DNA from: Vulcanimicrobiota bacterium
GTDB lineage: Bacteria > Vulcanimicrobiota > Vulcanimicrobiia > Vulcanimicrobiales > Vulcanimicrobiaceae
NCBI GenBank assembly: GCA_963714015.1
Contig: OY970223.1
Coordinates: 2,880,001-2,944,000 of the forward strand
Direction of reading: 5' to 3'
DNA length: 64,000 bases
The position numbers were made by a program, and so were the translations under genes. Below are positions 48,448 to 59,612 of the stretch, in pieces (the first letter of the stretch is position 1; each line of letters starts with the position of its first letter). Under the pieces are notes generated by a model. It was given only the letters and a program-made list of their open reading frames with translations. It was not told the origin of the DNA and made no database searches.

Positions 48448-51066
48448 TTTTGGAGGGCCGCCTCCATCGTCTGCGGCGTAGCCTGCAACTCGCGCTGCGC
48501 GTCGATCGTCGCTTGATCCAAAGGCAAGTCCAACGACGAGAAAAGCAGCAGCTGGCGCGCGACTCCGCCGAAACTCTGATCGCGGAGCGGCACGTCGCTC
48601 ATAAGCATCGACTTTGCGCGCTGCAGGCGGTTAGCCGAAACGTTCCCGCGCTCGAGCGAGCGCAGATCGGTGATTGCCAGGCGCTGCGCGGGCACGATCT
48701 TGCCGGGATCGCACGCGTAAGAGATCGTAAAAGTCGAACGGTTTTTTCCCGACGACAGTGCTGAGGACGCGCCATAGACGTATCCGTGGGCGACTCGCAA
48801 ATCGTCCATCAACAGCGATCCGAATCCGCCGCCGCCCAGAATGTTGTTCGCAACGGTGAGCTGCGCCCAATCAGCATCCCCTCGCTTCAGCGCCAGAACC
48901 TGCGCCAGTTGAACTTCGGATTGAACGCGCCCAACGTCCGGAACGTCCGTCGCAGCGGTACCGTTTTTGGGAACCGGCGGCAAGTCGACGTCGGGCTTGG
49001 GCCCTTGCGCCTTCCACGATCCGAAATACTCTTCGAATACCGCCCGAGCTCGATCGGGCGTAACGTCTCCGATGACGACGATCGACGTCATGTCGGGCCG
49101 GTAGGCGGCGGAATAATACGCCTTTACGTCCTCGAGCGTGACGGTTGAAGCAGTCTGCGGCGTCGCAAATTTTTGCACCGGATCGCCGGCCGGGAAAAGC
49201 GCGTTATTCAACGCAACCTCCGCCAGATGATCGGGAGCGTTCATTTCGCCGGTCAGTGAACCGACCTCCTGAGCTTTGACGATGGGGAAAGCCTGCTCCG
49301 GAAAAGCCGGATGGAGCTCTTCATCGGCGAGCAGCTGCACGCCGCGATCGAAATTGGCGGAAAGAACCTGCAGCGAGAAATCCGTGCCTGCTTCAGCGTC
49401 CGCCGCAATCTTGTCGAGCTCTTGGCGCAGTTGGATGCGGTTATATTGATCGGTGCCGAAAGGGAAAAGCCCGGAGGTAATATCCGCGACGCCAAGTTTC
49501 CCCACGGGCGCTTCTACCGCTTCACTGCTGCGAACGCTGCCTTGCACGACGACGGTGTGACTGACGTGCTCCGGCTGCACGATCAACCTGATGCCGTTCG
49601 AGAGCGTCATACTGACGGGATTGAGTGTTTGGGACGGAACGCTCGGGGCGGCAAACGCGGAGACGGCCCAGGCTGGGAAGCGGCTGCGCTTTCGAGGGCG
49701 TCAGCACGTTGTTCTCCTGAGCGGGCGACGATGCGCCGGCATTGACTTTTCCGGCGTTCTTGGGAACCGCGTACGCGACGATCGATTTTGCCGGATCGAC
49801 GTATTCGCGGAAAACACGGTTGACGTCAGCGTCGGTCACACTCTTAATGGCTGCAATCTCGTCGTCGGGGTTCTCACCCGCCTGCGCTAGGTCTTGACTC
49901 CACTCGAGCGCGAGATCCGTGATCGAGTTTCCGCGGTATTCGGCCTGCGCGATCGCGCGCTGCTTCTCGGTCGCGATGAGATCCGAAGGCAAACCGGTTT
50001 TGCGGTAGGTTTCGAGCACGCCGCGCAAGTCCGCCGCGGCATCATCTGCTTTCGTCGTAACCGGTACCACGGACAAGGCGGCCGTCGCGGTCGCGTACGG
50101 GTGCGACTCGATGTCCTGAACGCCGGCAAAGAGCGCCTTGCCCGCAGCCACTAATCCATAGACGTCGCTGCGCTGGTTGTTAAGTACCGCTTCGGCAATT
50201 TGGCCGGCGGCGTAGTCCTTGTCTTTGAGTCCGGGAAACCGGAAAGCCAGCGCGACGATCGAATACGGTTGGTCGCTGTCGACGTGGTACGTCGCCGGTT
50301 TGACCGGCGCGAGTACGACCTTAGGCTGTGCGGGAACGTTCTTCGCCGGAATCGCCCCGAAATACCGGCGCACCTTGGCAATGGTCGCTGGGCCGTCGAC
50401 GTCGCCCGCGATCACGTACACGGCGTTATTCGGATGATACCACGTGCTGTAGAATCTGCGCAGAACCGGCACCGTGATGAGATGATTGAAACCGTAGAGC
50501 GTACCCAGCGTATCGTGCGCGTACGGCGTGCCTTTGAAGATTGCCGGCAGAATCGTGCGCTGAATCAGTTTTTGAATGGCGATGCTGTCGTCTTGGGTTA
50601 CTTCCTGCTTGATTGCGCCGCTCTCGGCCTTCCATCCCGAAGGCGCCAGATCCAGATGCTGCGCGCGATCGGCTTCGATCCGCAGTGCGGCATCGAGATA
50701 CTGGGCCGGTACCGAAAAATAATACTGCGTGAGCTCGGCTTGCGTGTCGGCGTCGTAATCGGCGCCCATCAGCTGTCCGATCTCGAAGAGTTGCGTCTGG
50801 GATATCGTCGGAGTGCCGCGAAACATCATGTGTTCGAGGGCATGCGCCTCGCCCGGATATTGCTGAACGTCCGAACCGGCTTTGTAATTCAGCACGGCAG
50901 TTACGACCGGCGCCAACGGATCGTGTACCACGACGACCTGCAATCCGTTGCTTAGCGTCGCGCGCGTGACTTGCAAACCCTGTGCAGCTGCGGGCATCGA
51001 ACCGCCTAGCGCTAGCCCGATAATGCAGATCGCCCCCGCAATACCCTGTTTCATCGCCTGTTTCAT
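48393..51066 (-). CDS. Secreted M16 zinc peptidase (frameshift ~49670)
   Basis: Signal peptide, HALEHMMFRG; second half in ORF 48393..49610. Confidence 0.9.
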
Positions 51067-51110
51067 CGAACCGGTGTTGCGCCTCGGCACCGGTACGCCC
51101 CTCTGCCGCC

Positions 51111-53168
51111 TTACGAAGAGAGCAGCATCGCGCGGGCGCTGGGCTCGCCCTCGATCAACCGGCGCAAGCCGGCGTTGGACGGCTGGGATAATCCCGGATC
51201 TTCGGAGAGCAGCGTTTCGGCAGTGCGCTTTGCCTCGCGGTAAACGGCGATGTCGCGCACCAAATCGGCTACTCGAAACTCCGCGAGGCCGGATTGAGCC
51301 GTTCCTGCGATCTCTCCGGGTCCGCGCAGGCGCAAGTCCTCCTCGGCGATGACGAACCCGTCCGTCGAATTGGTCAGGATGTCGAGCCGTTCGATCTCTT
51401 CCGCTTCGTCCGGTGCGACGAGGAGGCAATAGGATTCCGCCGCGCCGCGTCCTACTCGACCGCGCAGCTGATGCAGCTGGGCCAAACCATACCGCTGCGC
51501 GTCGAGAATAACCATGACGGTCGCATTCGAAACGTCGACGCCGACCTCGACGACGGTCGTGGCGATCAGGACCTGCACTTCGTTGCGGACGAACCGCTGC
51601 ATTACATCGTCCTTGTCCCGCGCGGACATGCGGCCGTGCAGCAGGCCGAGCTTCAGATCCGGAAACACGTCGTTCTGCAGCCGTTCCGCCTCGGCGACGA
51701 CGCTCGTGAGATCGCTCTCCGACTCGTCGATTGCGGGAGCGACGATGTACGCTTGCCCTCCGCGCGCGATGTTCTTGCGCACGAAGTCGTAGGCTAACGG
51801 CAGCCGGGCACGCCGCAGCACGAACGTCGCAATCGGCGTACGCCCGGGCGGAAGTTCGTCGATCACCGACGCATCCAAATCGGCATAGACCGATTGCGCG
51901 AGCGTGCGCGGAATCGGCGTCGCCGTCATGTGCAGCGTGTGCGGCGCGACCCCTTTCGCCCGAAGCCGAGCCCGCTGCTGTACGCCGAAGCGATGCTGCT
52001 CGTCGATGACCGCCAAACCGAGCCGCGCGAACTCGACGCTTTCGGTGATCAGGGCGTGCGTGCCCACGGCGACGCCCGCTTCGCCGCTCGCGAGTTTCGC
52101 GACCGCGTTAGCTCGCGACTTGCCCGTTTGACTGCCGAAGACTGCCTCCAGCGTGATGCCGAACGGCACAAGCAACGGCGCGAGCTTTGCGGCATGCTGC
52201 GCCGCAAGAAGCTCGGTCGGCGCCATGAGCGCGGATTGCATGCCGTTTCGGGCTGCGAGCACGATTGCGGCGGCGGCGACGAGGGTCTTCCCGCTGCCGA
52301 CGTCGCCCTGCAGCAGCCGGTTCATCGGGGAAACGCGCGCCATGTCGCCCCAGATCTCGCTGATGCAGCGTCGCTGCGCGCCCGTGAGTGGAAAAGGCAG
52401 CTCGCGCTCAAAGTCCGCGAGCAACGAGGGCGCAACGTCGAGCGCTTGCGCGCTCGAGTCCGCCAGCCGAGCGCGCCGCTTCATCTCCGCAGCAATGGCG
52501 AGCGCAAGGAACTCCGTGAAAACGAACCGCGTGCGCGCGCCCTCCGCTTCTTCGGGCGACCGCGGCGCGTGCAGGGCGCGATAGGAATCGCGCAGCGGCG
52601 GAAATTTTTTTTCCTGCAGCAAGCCGGGCGGAAGCGGATCGTCGCCTGCCAGCAAAAGCAAACGCGAAAGATTGCGCTGAACGACCTGGTGAATTTTTCG
52701 GGAAGTGAGCGTTTTGCCGGCGGGGTAGATCGGCACCAATTCGCCCTGGTACGATTCCTCCTCAGCCAGGACTTTGTGCGTGGAAACGTTGAGGCTCGGC
52801 GTCAAACCGCGCACCGGCCGGCCGCGAACGAATACGCGCATCCCCTCTTTGAGCGTGCCCATCAGATAGCGGCGGCCGAACCATTTTGCGAGGAACGATC
52901 CGGTCTCGTCATGCACGTCGGCTTCGACGATCGCGAGGTTACGCGCCCGCCGCTCCCGTACGCGGCCAATCGTGCCGATTGCGTTGATCTCGGACAGATC
53001 GCCGTTTGCCGCGCGCATCGCGATCTCGCGCGCGGGCGTCGGGAATCGCAGATCGTCGTACCGGAACGGAAAGTCGTTCAGCAGATCCTCTTGCGTACGT
53101 ATGCCGAGCTCGGCGAAACGCTCGGCCGTCTCTTTGCCGACGCCGGCGAGGTCGGCGATGCGGCTCAC
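51111..53168 (-). CDS. recG: ATP-dependent DNA helicase RecG
   Basis: GDVGSGKT, DEQHRFG, TATPIPRT, QLRGRVGRG. Confidence 0.97.
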   Translation of the reverse strand: MSRIADLAGVGKETAERFAELGIRTQEDLLNDFPFRYDDLRFPTPAREIAMRAANGDLSEINAIGTIGRVRERRARNLAIVEADVHDETGSFLAKWFGRRYLMGTLKEGMRVFVRGRPVRGLTPSLNVSTHKVLAEEESYQGELVPIYPAGKTLTSRKIHQVVQRNLSRLLLLAGDDPLPPGLLQEKKFPPLRDSYRALHAPRSPEEAEGARTRFVFTEFLALAIAAEMKRRARLADSSAQALDVAPSLLADFERELPFPLTGAQRRCISEIWGDMARVSPMNRLLQGDVGSGKTLVAAAAIVLAARNGMQSALMAPTELLAAQHAAKLAPLLVPFGITLEAVFGSQTGKSRANAVAKLASGEAGVAVGTHALITESVEFARLGLAVIDEQHRFGVQQRARLRAKGVAPHTLHMTATPIPRTLAQSVYADLDASVIDELPPGRTPIATFVLRRARLPLAYDFVRKNIARGGQAYIVAPAIDESESDLTSVVAEAERLQNDVFPDLKLGLLHGRMSARDKDDVMQRFVRNEVQVLIATTVVEVGVDVSNATVMVILDAQRYGLAQLHQLRGRVGRGAAESYCLLVAPDEAEEIERLDILTNSTDGFVIAEEDLRLRGPGEIAGTAQSGLAEFRVADLVRDIAVYREAKRTAETLLSEDPGLSQPSNAGLRRLIEGEPSARAMLLSS

Positions 53169-53617
53169 AGCGCGAGCTCCATTTCACGGCCCGCCTGAAA
53201 GCCCACACTCTCGTAAAGCGCCCGTCCTTCCTCGCTGGTGCGCAGACGCAAACGCGCACATCCTTGCGCTTTGGCCCACGCAATCGTGCACTGCATCAAC
53301 TCACGCGCGATGCCCCGGCGACGATAATCAGGTCTTACGTACACGGCGTTCACATGCGCGAAACGCATGTTGAAGCAAAAAGCCCGCCATTCATCGGTCA
53401 GCGACACGGCGGCCATGCCGATCGGCGCTCCGTCGTCGAATGCCAGAAACAACCGGCCGTGGTTCATGCCTTGCTTTCCGGCGAAGTAAAGGCAGAAACG
53501 CGTGCGCCAACCCGCGTCGCGTGCGTCGAGATCCGAGCCCATCTCCAGACCCATCTCTTGACGCAACTGCGCGGCGACCGGAAACTCCGAAGCGTCGGCG
53601 GGACGGCACCGGATCAT
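53165..53617 (-). CDS. GNAT acetyltransferase
   Basis: VYVRPDYRRRGIA, LYESVGF. Confidence 0.9.
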   Translation of the reverse strand: MIRCRPADASEFPVAAQLRQEMGLEMGSDLDARDAGWRTRFCLYFAGKQGMNHGRLFLAFDDGAPIGMAAVSLTDEWRAFCFNMRFAHVNAVYVRPDYRRRGIARELMQCTIAWAKAQGCARLRLRTSEEGRALYESVGFQAGREMELAL

Positions 53618-54567
53618 TTTCGAACCGAGACCTCGAGCAGCTTCGTCAACGCGTACACGACGCGCGTATTCGGAACGTCAACGCCGTAGCGATCCGCAAG
53701 CTCGACGACGGCGCCCGCAATGGGTTCGAGTTCCAGCGGTTTTCCGGCTTCGAGGTCCTGCAGCATCGAGGTCTTCACGTCGGCGATGTGCTCGGCCCAG
53801 CGCAGCCGCTCCTCGGCGTCAACTCCGGGATCCACGCCCGTCGCGCGCGCGACGCAGAGCCCTTCCCGGATGACGGCGCGCAACAGCTCGCGCACGCCGG
53901 CGTCCTGCAGCATCGAACGCACCGTCGCTCGCGTCAGCGCACTGACTTGATTGAGCGCCAAATTGTTCACTAATTTGCGCCAAATGTTCCGCCGGATGTT
54001 CGGCTCGATCGGCGCGTTCAGCCCCGCTTGTTCCATGATCCCCGCGAGGCTTTGAACGCGCTCGCTCCGCGAACCGTCGAGCTCACCGATTGGGTAGAGC
54101 CTTCCGCCGCTTTGCTCGACGAGTCCGGGTTCGACGACTCGGCCGGACGCGTGCACGACCCCGCCGACGATCCGATCGTACGGTAATGCGCGCTGAATAC
54201 GCCCGCCGGGATCGACGCTTTCAAGCGGACGATCCTTGGTGTACCAAAACGGCAAACCGTTCTGAAAGGTAACGAAGACTGCGCGATCCGAAACCGCTCG
54301 TTCAAATTGTTCGAGGGCGCCGCCCCATTGGTGCGACTTGAACGTCAGCAGTACGTAGTCGAGTCCGGCGAAGTCGCGCAGATCGTCCGATCCATCCACC
54401 CGCGCCGTAAAGTCGCCAAGCTCGCTGCGCACGCGAATGCCGCCGTTTCGAACGGCGCCGAGTTGTTCGCCGCGCGCCACGACGCAAACGTCATTGCCCG
54501 CGCGCCAAAGCGCCGCCGCAATAAATCCGCCGATTGCTCCAGCGCCGAAGACCGCTATTTTAGGCAT
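53614..54567 (-). CDS. panE: Ketopantoate reductase family
   Basis: GAGAIGG, FQNG, WRKL, TSMLQD...LELE. Confidence 0.8.
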   Translation of the reverse strand: MPKIAVFGAGAIGGFIAAALWRAGNDVCVVARGEQLGAVRNGGIRVRSELGDFTARVDGSDDLRDFAGLDYVLLTFKSHQWGGALEQFERAVSDRAVFVTFQNGLPFWYTKDRPLESVDPGGRIQRALPYDRIVGGVVHASGRVVEPGLVEQSGGRLYPIGELDGSRSERVQSLAGIMEQAGLNAPIEPNIRRNIWRKLVNNLALNQVSALTRATVRSMLQDAGVRELLRAVIREGLCVARATGVDPGVDAEERLRWAEHIADVKTSMLQDLEAGKPLELEPIAGAVVELADRYGVDVPNTRVVYALTKLLEVSVRK

Positions 54568-54641
54568 GTCTACTTATCGTGTCGGCTGCCCGTTCGCCAC
54601 CGGGATGACCTGCCTTGCGCGCCGGTCTTGACGATGACAAA

Positions 54642-54713
54642 AGGCGACGGGCAGATTCGAACTGCCGAATGGAGCTTTTGCAGAGCTCTGCCTTACCACT
54701 TGGCTACGTCGCC
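54642..54713 (-). tRNA. tRNA-Cys(GCA)
   Basis: GGCGACGTAGCCAAGTGGTAAGGCAGAGCTCT-GCA-AAAGCTC...GTTCGAATC...CGTCGCCT cloverleaf. Confidence 0.95.
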
Positions 54714-54753
54714 GTTACCTTTAACACTGCAGCCTTTTGGACTGCAGTCCCTA

Positions 54754-54824
54754 AGCGGGTGGCGGGAATCGAACCCGCGCGTCAACCTTGGGAAGGTCGC
54801 AGGCTACCATTACATCACACCCGC
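54754..54824 (-). tRNA. tRNA-Gly(CCC)
   Basis: GCGGGTGTGATGTAATGGTAGCCTGCGACCTT-CCC-AAGGTTG...GTTCGATTC...ACCCGCT cloverleaf. Confidence 0.95.
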
Positions 54825-54916
54825 CCTCGCTGGGCGTCGGCCCTCGTTCTCGTTCACCGGGGCCGCGTCCTACAATCCCCGGCTGCCCCCTCGGGTTGCG
54901 GGCGGCGCCGTTTACG

Positions 54917-55603
54917 TCAACCGCCCAAAATATTGATCGCGCGGCCGGCGATGATCGCGATCGTGACGAGTGAGGTGAGCGCTTCGGCCATCATCAGCAG
55001 CTTTGCTGCGCCGGTGAGCGGAAACGTGTCCGTCGGGCTGAACGCCGTCGCATTCGTAAAAGAGAGAAACAGGTAGTCCAAGACGCGGGGACGCCACTGC
55101 AGCTCCTTACGGATTTCGGCAGAGAGCGCCATCTGCGGGAACAGGAAGTCCATGCCGGCCGGCCCGGCATCGGCAGGTCGATGAGCGCGCGGGTCCGGGC
55201 CGGCGCCGTCGATTTCCCAAAACCAGAGCGCGTAGACGATGACGTTCGTGAACCAAATCTGCACCGCCGCCAAAATAAGCACTTGACCGTTGATTTGGCG
55301 GTGCGCATGCGTCGAAATCAGGTCGTAGAGCAGCGCGACGATTGTGCCGGCGTTGAAGAGATTCACCAGCGCAACGGTTGCGATGGAAAGCCCGCGATGC
55401 CAAGGCGACTCGGCGTGTCGCGTCGGAGAAAAGATGTTCAGCGGTACCATAATAATGAGCACCAGCACCGGAAAGAGCCACAACGGCCCGATGACGAGCC
55501 GCGGCGGCAGCGTGACGTACAATCCCAGTGCCGCCAGCACGGCCAAAGCCGCGTGCCAGCGCGGCTCTTCCTTTACTACGGCCGTTGCGCCATGTTGCTG
55601 CAT
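54917..55603 (-). CDS. DUF1345-like membrane protein
   Basis: EPRW, DFLFPQ, DYLFLSFTNATAFSPTD. Confidence 0.85.
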   Translation of the reverse strand: MQQHGATAVVKEEPRWHAALAVLAALGLYVTLPPRLVIGPLWLFPVLVLIIMVPLNIFSPTRHAESPWHRGLSIATVALVNLFNAGTIVALLYDLISTHAHRQINGQVLILAAVQIWFTNVIVYALWFWEIDGAGPDPRAHRPADAGPAGMDFLFPQMALSAEIRKELQWRPRVLDYLFLSFTNATAFSPTDTFPLTGAAKLLMMAEALTSLVTIAIIAGRAINILGG

Positions 55604-55676
55604 GCCGCCACGTTCGCGTGCGGCGGTGCGAGCGACCTTCGCGCATCCGCCCGCAGCGCCGCCGGGTCTTGGGCGC

Positions 55677-56033
55677 ATGGCAACAGATTTTCGGGACGGC
55701 AAAACCTTTCCGCGGCGGGGACGCGACACGCTCGGGGGCGCCATGTGGCTGCGCCGCGTGTTCGACAAGGCACGCGCGAACGCAAACGGCACCATTCACG
55801 ACTACATCTATCCATGCCCAATGGACAAAGGCGTTTTGGAGCGTTGGGGCGTCACGCCCGGCGAATTCGACGCGGCGATTAAGACCCAGACGACGGACGA
55901 GCAGATATTGGAGTGGCTCAACGCCCGCGCGACGCCGCAGCAGATCGACGCGGCCAATGCGTGGCTGGTGAACGAAAAAACCGAAAACTTGGACCGCCAG
56001 GATTCGGAAGAAGGCGCCGGCGCTACAATCTAA
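55677..56033 (+). CDS. DUF5069 family protein
   Basis: PRRGRDTLGG..WLRRVFDKARA...DYIYPCPMD. Confidence 0.8.
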   Translation: MATDFRDGKTFPRRGRDTLGGAMWLRRVFDKARANANGTIHDYIYPCPMDKGVLERWGVTPGEFDAAIKTQTTDEQILEWLNARATPQQIDAANAWLVNEKTENLDRQDSEEGAGATI

Positions 56034-56046
56034 CAAACACGCCGCT

Positions 56047-56733
56047 ATGGGCCAGATGATCGAATTCAAAAGAGCCGACGGCAAGCCGGCGCCGGGATAC
56101 TTGGCGTTGCCTCAAAACGCCGATTCCGCTGCGGGCGTCGTCGTAGTCGAAGAGTGGTGGGGCGTAACCCCGGACATTATGGAGATTGCGGACCGGTACG
56201 CGGAGCTCGGCTACCGCGCCCTGGTACCCGATCTTTTTCGCGGACGGACTGCGGCCAAGGGCGATGAAGCGAATCACTTGGTCGAGGGCTTGGATTTCCA
56301 AGACGCGTTCTCCCAAGACATTCGCGGCGCGCTGCAGCATCTAAAACAGAACGGCAAGAAAGCCGGCGTTACGGGATACTGCATCGGAGGCGCTCTGGCG
56401 CTGCTCGCGACGATGCACTTGAAAGAGCCCGACGCGGCCGTCGTTTTTTATGGTCTGCCGCCTGCGGAAGCCGGCGATCCGGCTGCCGTCGAAATCCCGC
56501 TGCTATTGCACTACGCGACGCAAGACGAGTTCTTCACGCCGGAGAAGGTGCGAGGGCTCGAGGAAAAGCTCAAAGCCGGCAAGGTTCCGTACCAGTTGCA
56601 TTGGTACGAAGCCAAGCACGGCTTTTGCAATCCCAATCCTCCCGGCCACGCGGGACTCGGTCATTACAATGCCGAGGCTGCGCAGACGGCGTGGAAGCGT
56701 ACGGTCGACTTTTTCAAGACGACGCTAGCGTAG
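56047..56733 (+). CDS. Dienelactone hydrolase family
   Basis: EWWG, GYCIGG, HGF. Confidence 0.92.
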   Translation: MGQMIEFKRADGKPAPGYLALPQNADSAAGVVVVEEWWGVTPDIMEIADRYAELGYRALVPDLFRGRTAAKGDEANHLVEGLDFQDAFSQDIRGALQHLKQNGKKAGVTGYCIGGALALLATMHLKEPDAAVVFYGLPPAEAGDPAAVEIPLLLHYATQDEFFTPEKVRGLEEKLKAGKVPYQLHWYEAKHGFCNPNPPGHAGLGHYNAEAAQTAWKRTVDFFKTTLA

Positions 56734-56748
56734 CGCTTTAAGAAAGAG

Positions 56749-57564
56749 TTACTCGAATTTCGTGCCGGCGTTGAGCGGTGCCGAACGCATCGCTCCTTGC
56801 TCCAGACCCCATTTCTGCAGCAAACGATCGTACGTGCCGTCGGCAATCAGCGTCTTGAGCGCCGATTGCAGTTTGTCGCGTAACCGGACGTTCTTCTTGG
56901 GAACCGCGATGCCGTAGGGCACGACGCCGAACTGCTCGCCTGCAACGGCGTAAGCTTTGCCGCCGTCGAGTGTGCGCGCAAGGTGCGCAACGACCGGATA
57001 ATCGGAGATGTGCGCCATCGATTCGCCGGCTAAGAAGTGCCTAAGCGCTTCGCCGTCCGTGCCGTAAGCCTTGACCGTAATCGCCTTGAGTCCGATGCCG
57101 GTGCATTTAGCGGACTGCGCTTGCACGGCGCTCGCTTGACTCGTGCCGCGCTCGAGGTCCACCGTCATGCCGCAAAGACTCGCCAGATTAAAAATGTGAT
57201 GCGGATTTCCGGCATGCACCAGCATGCCGCTGCCGGCCAGGAAATAATCGATGAAGTCGACTTGCTTCGACCGCTCGCGGGTATCCGACATCGCCGAGAT
57301 CACAACATCGTACTTGCCCCCGTTGAGCGCGTGCAGCAGATCGTTGAACTCGTGATTTTGGAACTCAACGCTCACACCGAGCTGCGATGAAAGCGCCTGG
57401 GCTAGATCGTAATCGAAACCTTCGGCTTTTTTGGAGTTGGCGGCGTAAAACTCGAGCGGCGCGTAGGAAATGTCGGATCCGACGCGGAGCGGGGAGGCCG
57501 CCGGCGCGCTCAGCGGCGCTAGGGCCAGAACGATTGCAAAGACGCGGGCAATCAAGGACTTCAT
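56749..57564 (-). CDS. Amino-acid ABC substrate-binding protein (family 3), orphan
   Basis: SYAPLEF, GFDYDL, GKYDVVIS, DGTYDRLLQKW; RBS GGAGGA. Confidence 0.9.
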   Translation of the reverse strand: MKSLIARVFAIVLALAPLSAPAASPLRVGSDISYAPLEFYAANSKKAEGFDYDLAQALSSQLGVSVEFQNHEFNDLLHALNGGKYDVVISAMSDTRERSKQVDFIDYFLAGSGMLVHAGNPHHIFNLASLCGMTVDLERGTSQASAVQAQSAKCTGIGLKAITVKAYGTDGEALRHFLAGESMAHISDYPVVAHLARTLDGGKAYAVAGEQFGVVPYGIAVPKKNVRLRDKLQSALKTLIADGTYDRLLQKWGLEQGAMRSAPLNAGTKFE

Positions 57565-57669
57565 TAAATCCTCCGGTTGTTGAAGCTTCATCCAATTTAT
57601 CGGTAGACAGCGTCCCGGAGGTTAGCCCGCAAGGACGCCTCGAGCGGTCGATGAACGGAGGCGCCTAGT

Positions 57670-58719
57670 ATGTCTGCCTCCGGAAAGACCCTTGTGGGCC
57701 ATCCCTTTCTGCGCGCGTGCCGGCGCGAACCGGTCCCCTATACGCCGGTTTGGCTGATGCGGCAAGCCGGACGCTATCTGCCCGAGTACCGATCGATACG
57801 CGACCGGTACTCGTTTTTGGACCTATGCCGGGACTCGGCCGCCTCAGCGCAGGTAACGGTCGATACGGTTCGGCGCTTGGGCGTCGATGCCGCAATCATC
57901 TTCGCCGATATTCTTCTTCCGCTCGTGCCGATGGGGCTTGGCTTGACCTATGAAAAAGGCGACGGGCCGCGCATCGCTCGCACGGTGCGCACGTCCGAGG
58001 ACGTCGATCGCCTTCATCCCGTCAACGTTGAAGAGTCGCTCGGGTTCGTTGCCCGCACCGTCGATCTGGTTAGGCGCGAGCTCCAAGACGAAGTGCCGGT
58101 CATAGGGTTCGCCGGTGCTCCCTTTACCGTCGCATCGTATGCGATCGAAGGGGGCGGTTCGCGCAACTACATCGCCACCAAAACGCTGATGCATTCGGAT
58201 CCGCAGACGTGGGGACGCTTCATGGAACGCATCGCTTCCCTCACTGCAGAGTACCTGAACATGCAAATCGCTGCCGGCGCCAACGCGGTTCAGGTCTTCG
58301 ACAGTTGGGTCGGGGCACTATCACCGGAGGATTACCGCCGATACGTGCTGCCGTATTCCAAACAGCTGATCGAATCGATCGCTCCGGGCATTCCGGTCAT
58401 TCATTTCGGAACGATGACCGCGGGATTGTTGACGCAGATGCGCGACGCCGGCGCAGACGTCATCGGCCTTGATTGGCGCGTGGAACTCGACGAGGCGTGG
58501 AACCGGCTGGGCGATTCCGTCGCCGTGCAAGGGAATCTGGACCCGGTGCTGCTTTTTACGGGCCGGGACAACGTGCGCGAAGGCGTGCGCGACGTCTTGC
58601 GGCGAGCCGGCGGGCGGCCGGGACACATCTTTAATTTGGGACACGGCATACTGCCGGAGACGCCGGTCGACAACGTGCTCGCGCTGGTCGACGCCGTTCA
58701 CGAATTCAGTCGCCGGTGA
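57670..58719 (+). CDS. hemE: Uroporphyrinogen decarboxylase
   Basis: PVWLMRQAGRYLPEY, GFAGAPFT, FNLGHGI. Confidence 0.97.
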   Translation: MSASGKTLVGHPFLRACRREPVPYTPVWLMRQAGRYLPEYRSIRDRYSFLDLCRDSAASAQVTVDTVRRLGVDAAIIFADILLPLVPMGLGLTYEKGDGPRIARTVRTSEDVDRLHPVNVEESLGFVARTVDLVRRELQDEVPVIGFAGAPFTVASYAIEGGGSRNYIATKTLMHSDPQTWGRFMERIASLTAEYLNMQIAAGANAVQVFDSWVGALSPEDYRRYVLPYSKQLIESIAPGIPVIHFGTMTAGLLTQMRDAGADVIGLDWRVELDEAWNRLGDSVAVQGNLDPVLLFTGRDNVREGVRDVLRRAGGRPGHIFNLGHGILPETPVDNVLALVDAVHEFSRR

Positions 58720-59612
58720 TGACGCACGACGCCGTCGTGCTGCTCGGATTCGGCGGCCCGGAGCGTCCGGAAGAGATTCGGCCCTTTTTAGATCGCGTGC
58801 TCGAAGGCAGACCTATTCCGCCGGCGCGCTACGAAGCGGTGGTCGCACATTACGAGCACATCGGGGGACGATCTCCGTTCAACGATTTGGCCCGAAAGCA
58901 GGCCGCGGCACTCGAAGCCGCACTTCGCGAACGAGGTGCCGCCATTCCGGTCGAGCCGGCGTTTCTCAATGCCGCTCCCTTTGTCGAGGAGACTGCCGCG
59001 CGTCTCCAGCAGCGCGGTAAGACGCGTCCGCTGGCCATTATCTTAGCGGCCTTTCAGAGCCCCGCGAGCTGGCAAAAATACCAACGCTTTCCGGGCGCCG
59101 ACTACGCGCCGCCGTACTTCGATCGCGAGCTCTTCGTGCAGGCACACGCGCAACGCATCCGCGACGCGCTCGAACAGCGGCTGAACCGTTCGGATTTCGC
59201 CGATACGGCGCTGATCTTTACCGCGCACAGCATTCCGCAAGCGATGGACGACGCGAGTCCGTATTCGCAGCAGTACGCCCGCTGCGCCGAACTCGTCGCG
59301 CATGCGTCGGGCGCGGCTTCGTGGACGCTTTCGTATCAAAGCCGCAGCGGGGCACCTTCGGACAAATGGCTGGAGCCGGACGTGCGGGACGTCATTTCGG
59401 ATTTGCCGGCCAACGGTGTGCGTAGGGCCCTCGCAGCGCCCATTGGTTTTCTGCACGATCACGTGGAGGTACTGTACGATCTCGACGTCGGCGCGGCACG
59501 CGCAGCGCAATCCGCCGGCGTCGAATTCGCTCGTGCCGGCGCCCTCAACGATCATCCGCTGTTCATTCGGACGCTCGCGGATTTGACGATCGAATGCTCC
59601 GCATCGCGGTAG
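58716..59612 (+). CDS. hemH: Ferrochelatase
   Basis: GGP, FTAHSIP, YQSRSG..WLEP, DHVEVLYDLD. Confidence 0.93.
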   Translation: MMTHDAVVLLGFGGPERPEEIRPFLDRVLEGRPIPPARYEAVVAHYEHIGGRSPFNDLARKQAAALEAALRERGAAIPVEPAFLNAAPFVEETAARLQQRGKTRPLAIILAAFQSPASWQKYQRFPGADYAPPYFDRELFVQAHAQRIRDALEQRLNRSDFADTALIFTAHSIPQAMDDASPYSQQYARCAELVAHASGAASWTLSYQSRSGAPSDKWLEPDVRDVISDLPANGVRRALAAPIGFLHDHVEVLYDLDVGAARAAQSAGVEFARAGALNDHPLFIRTLADLTIECSASR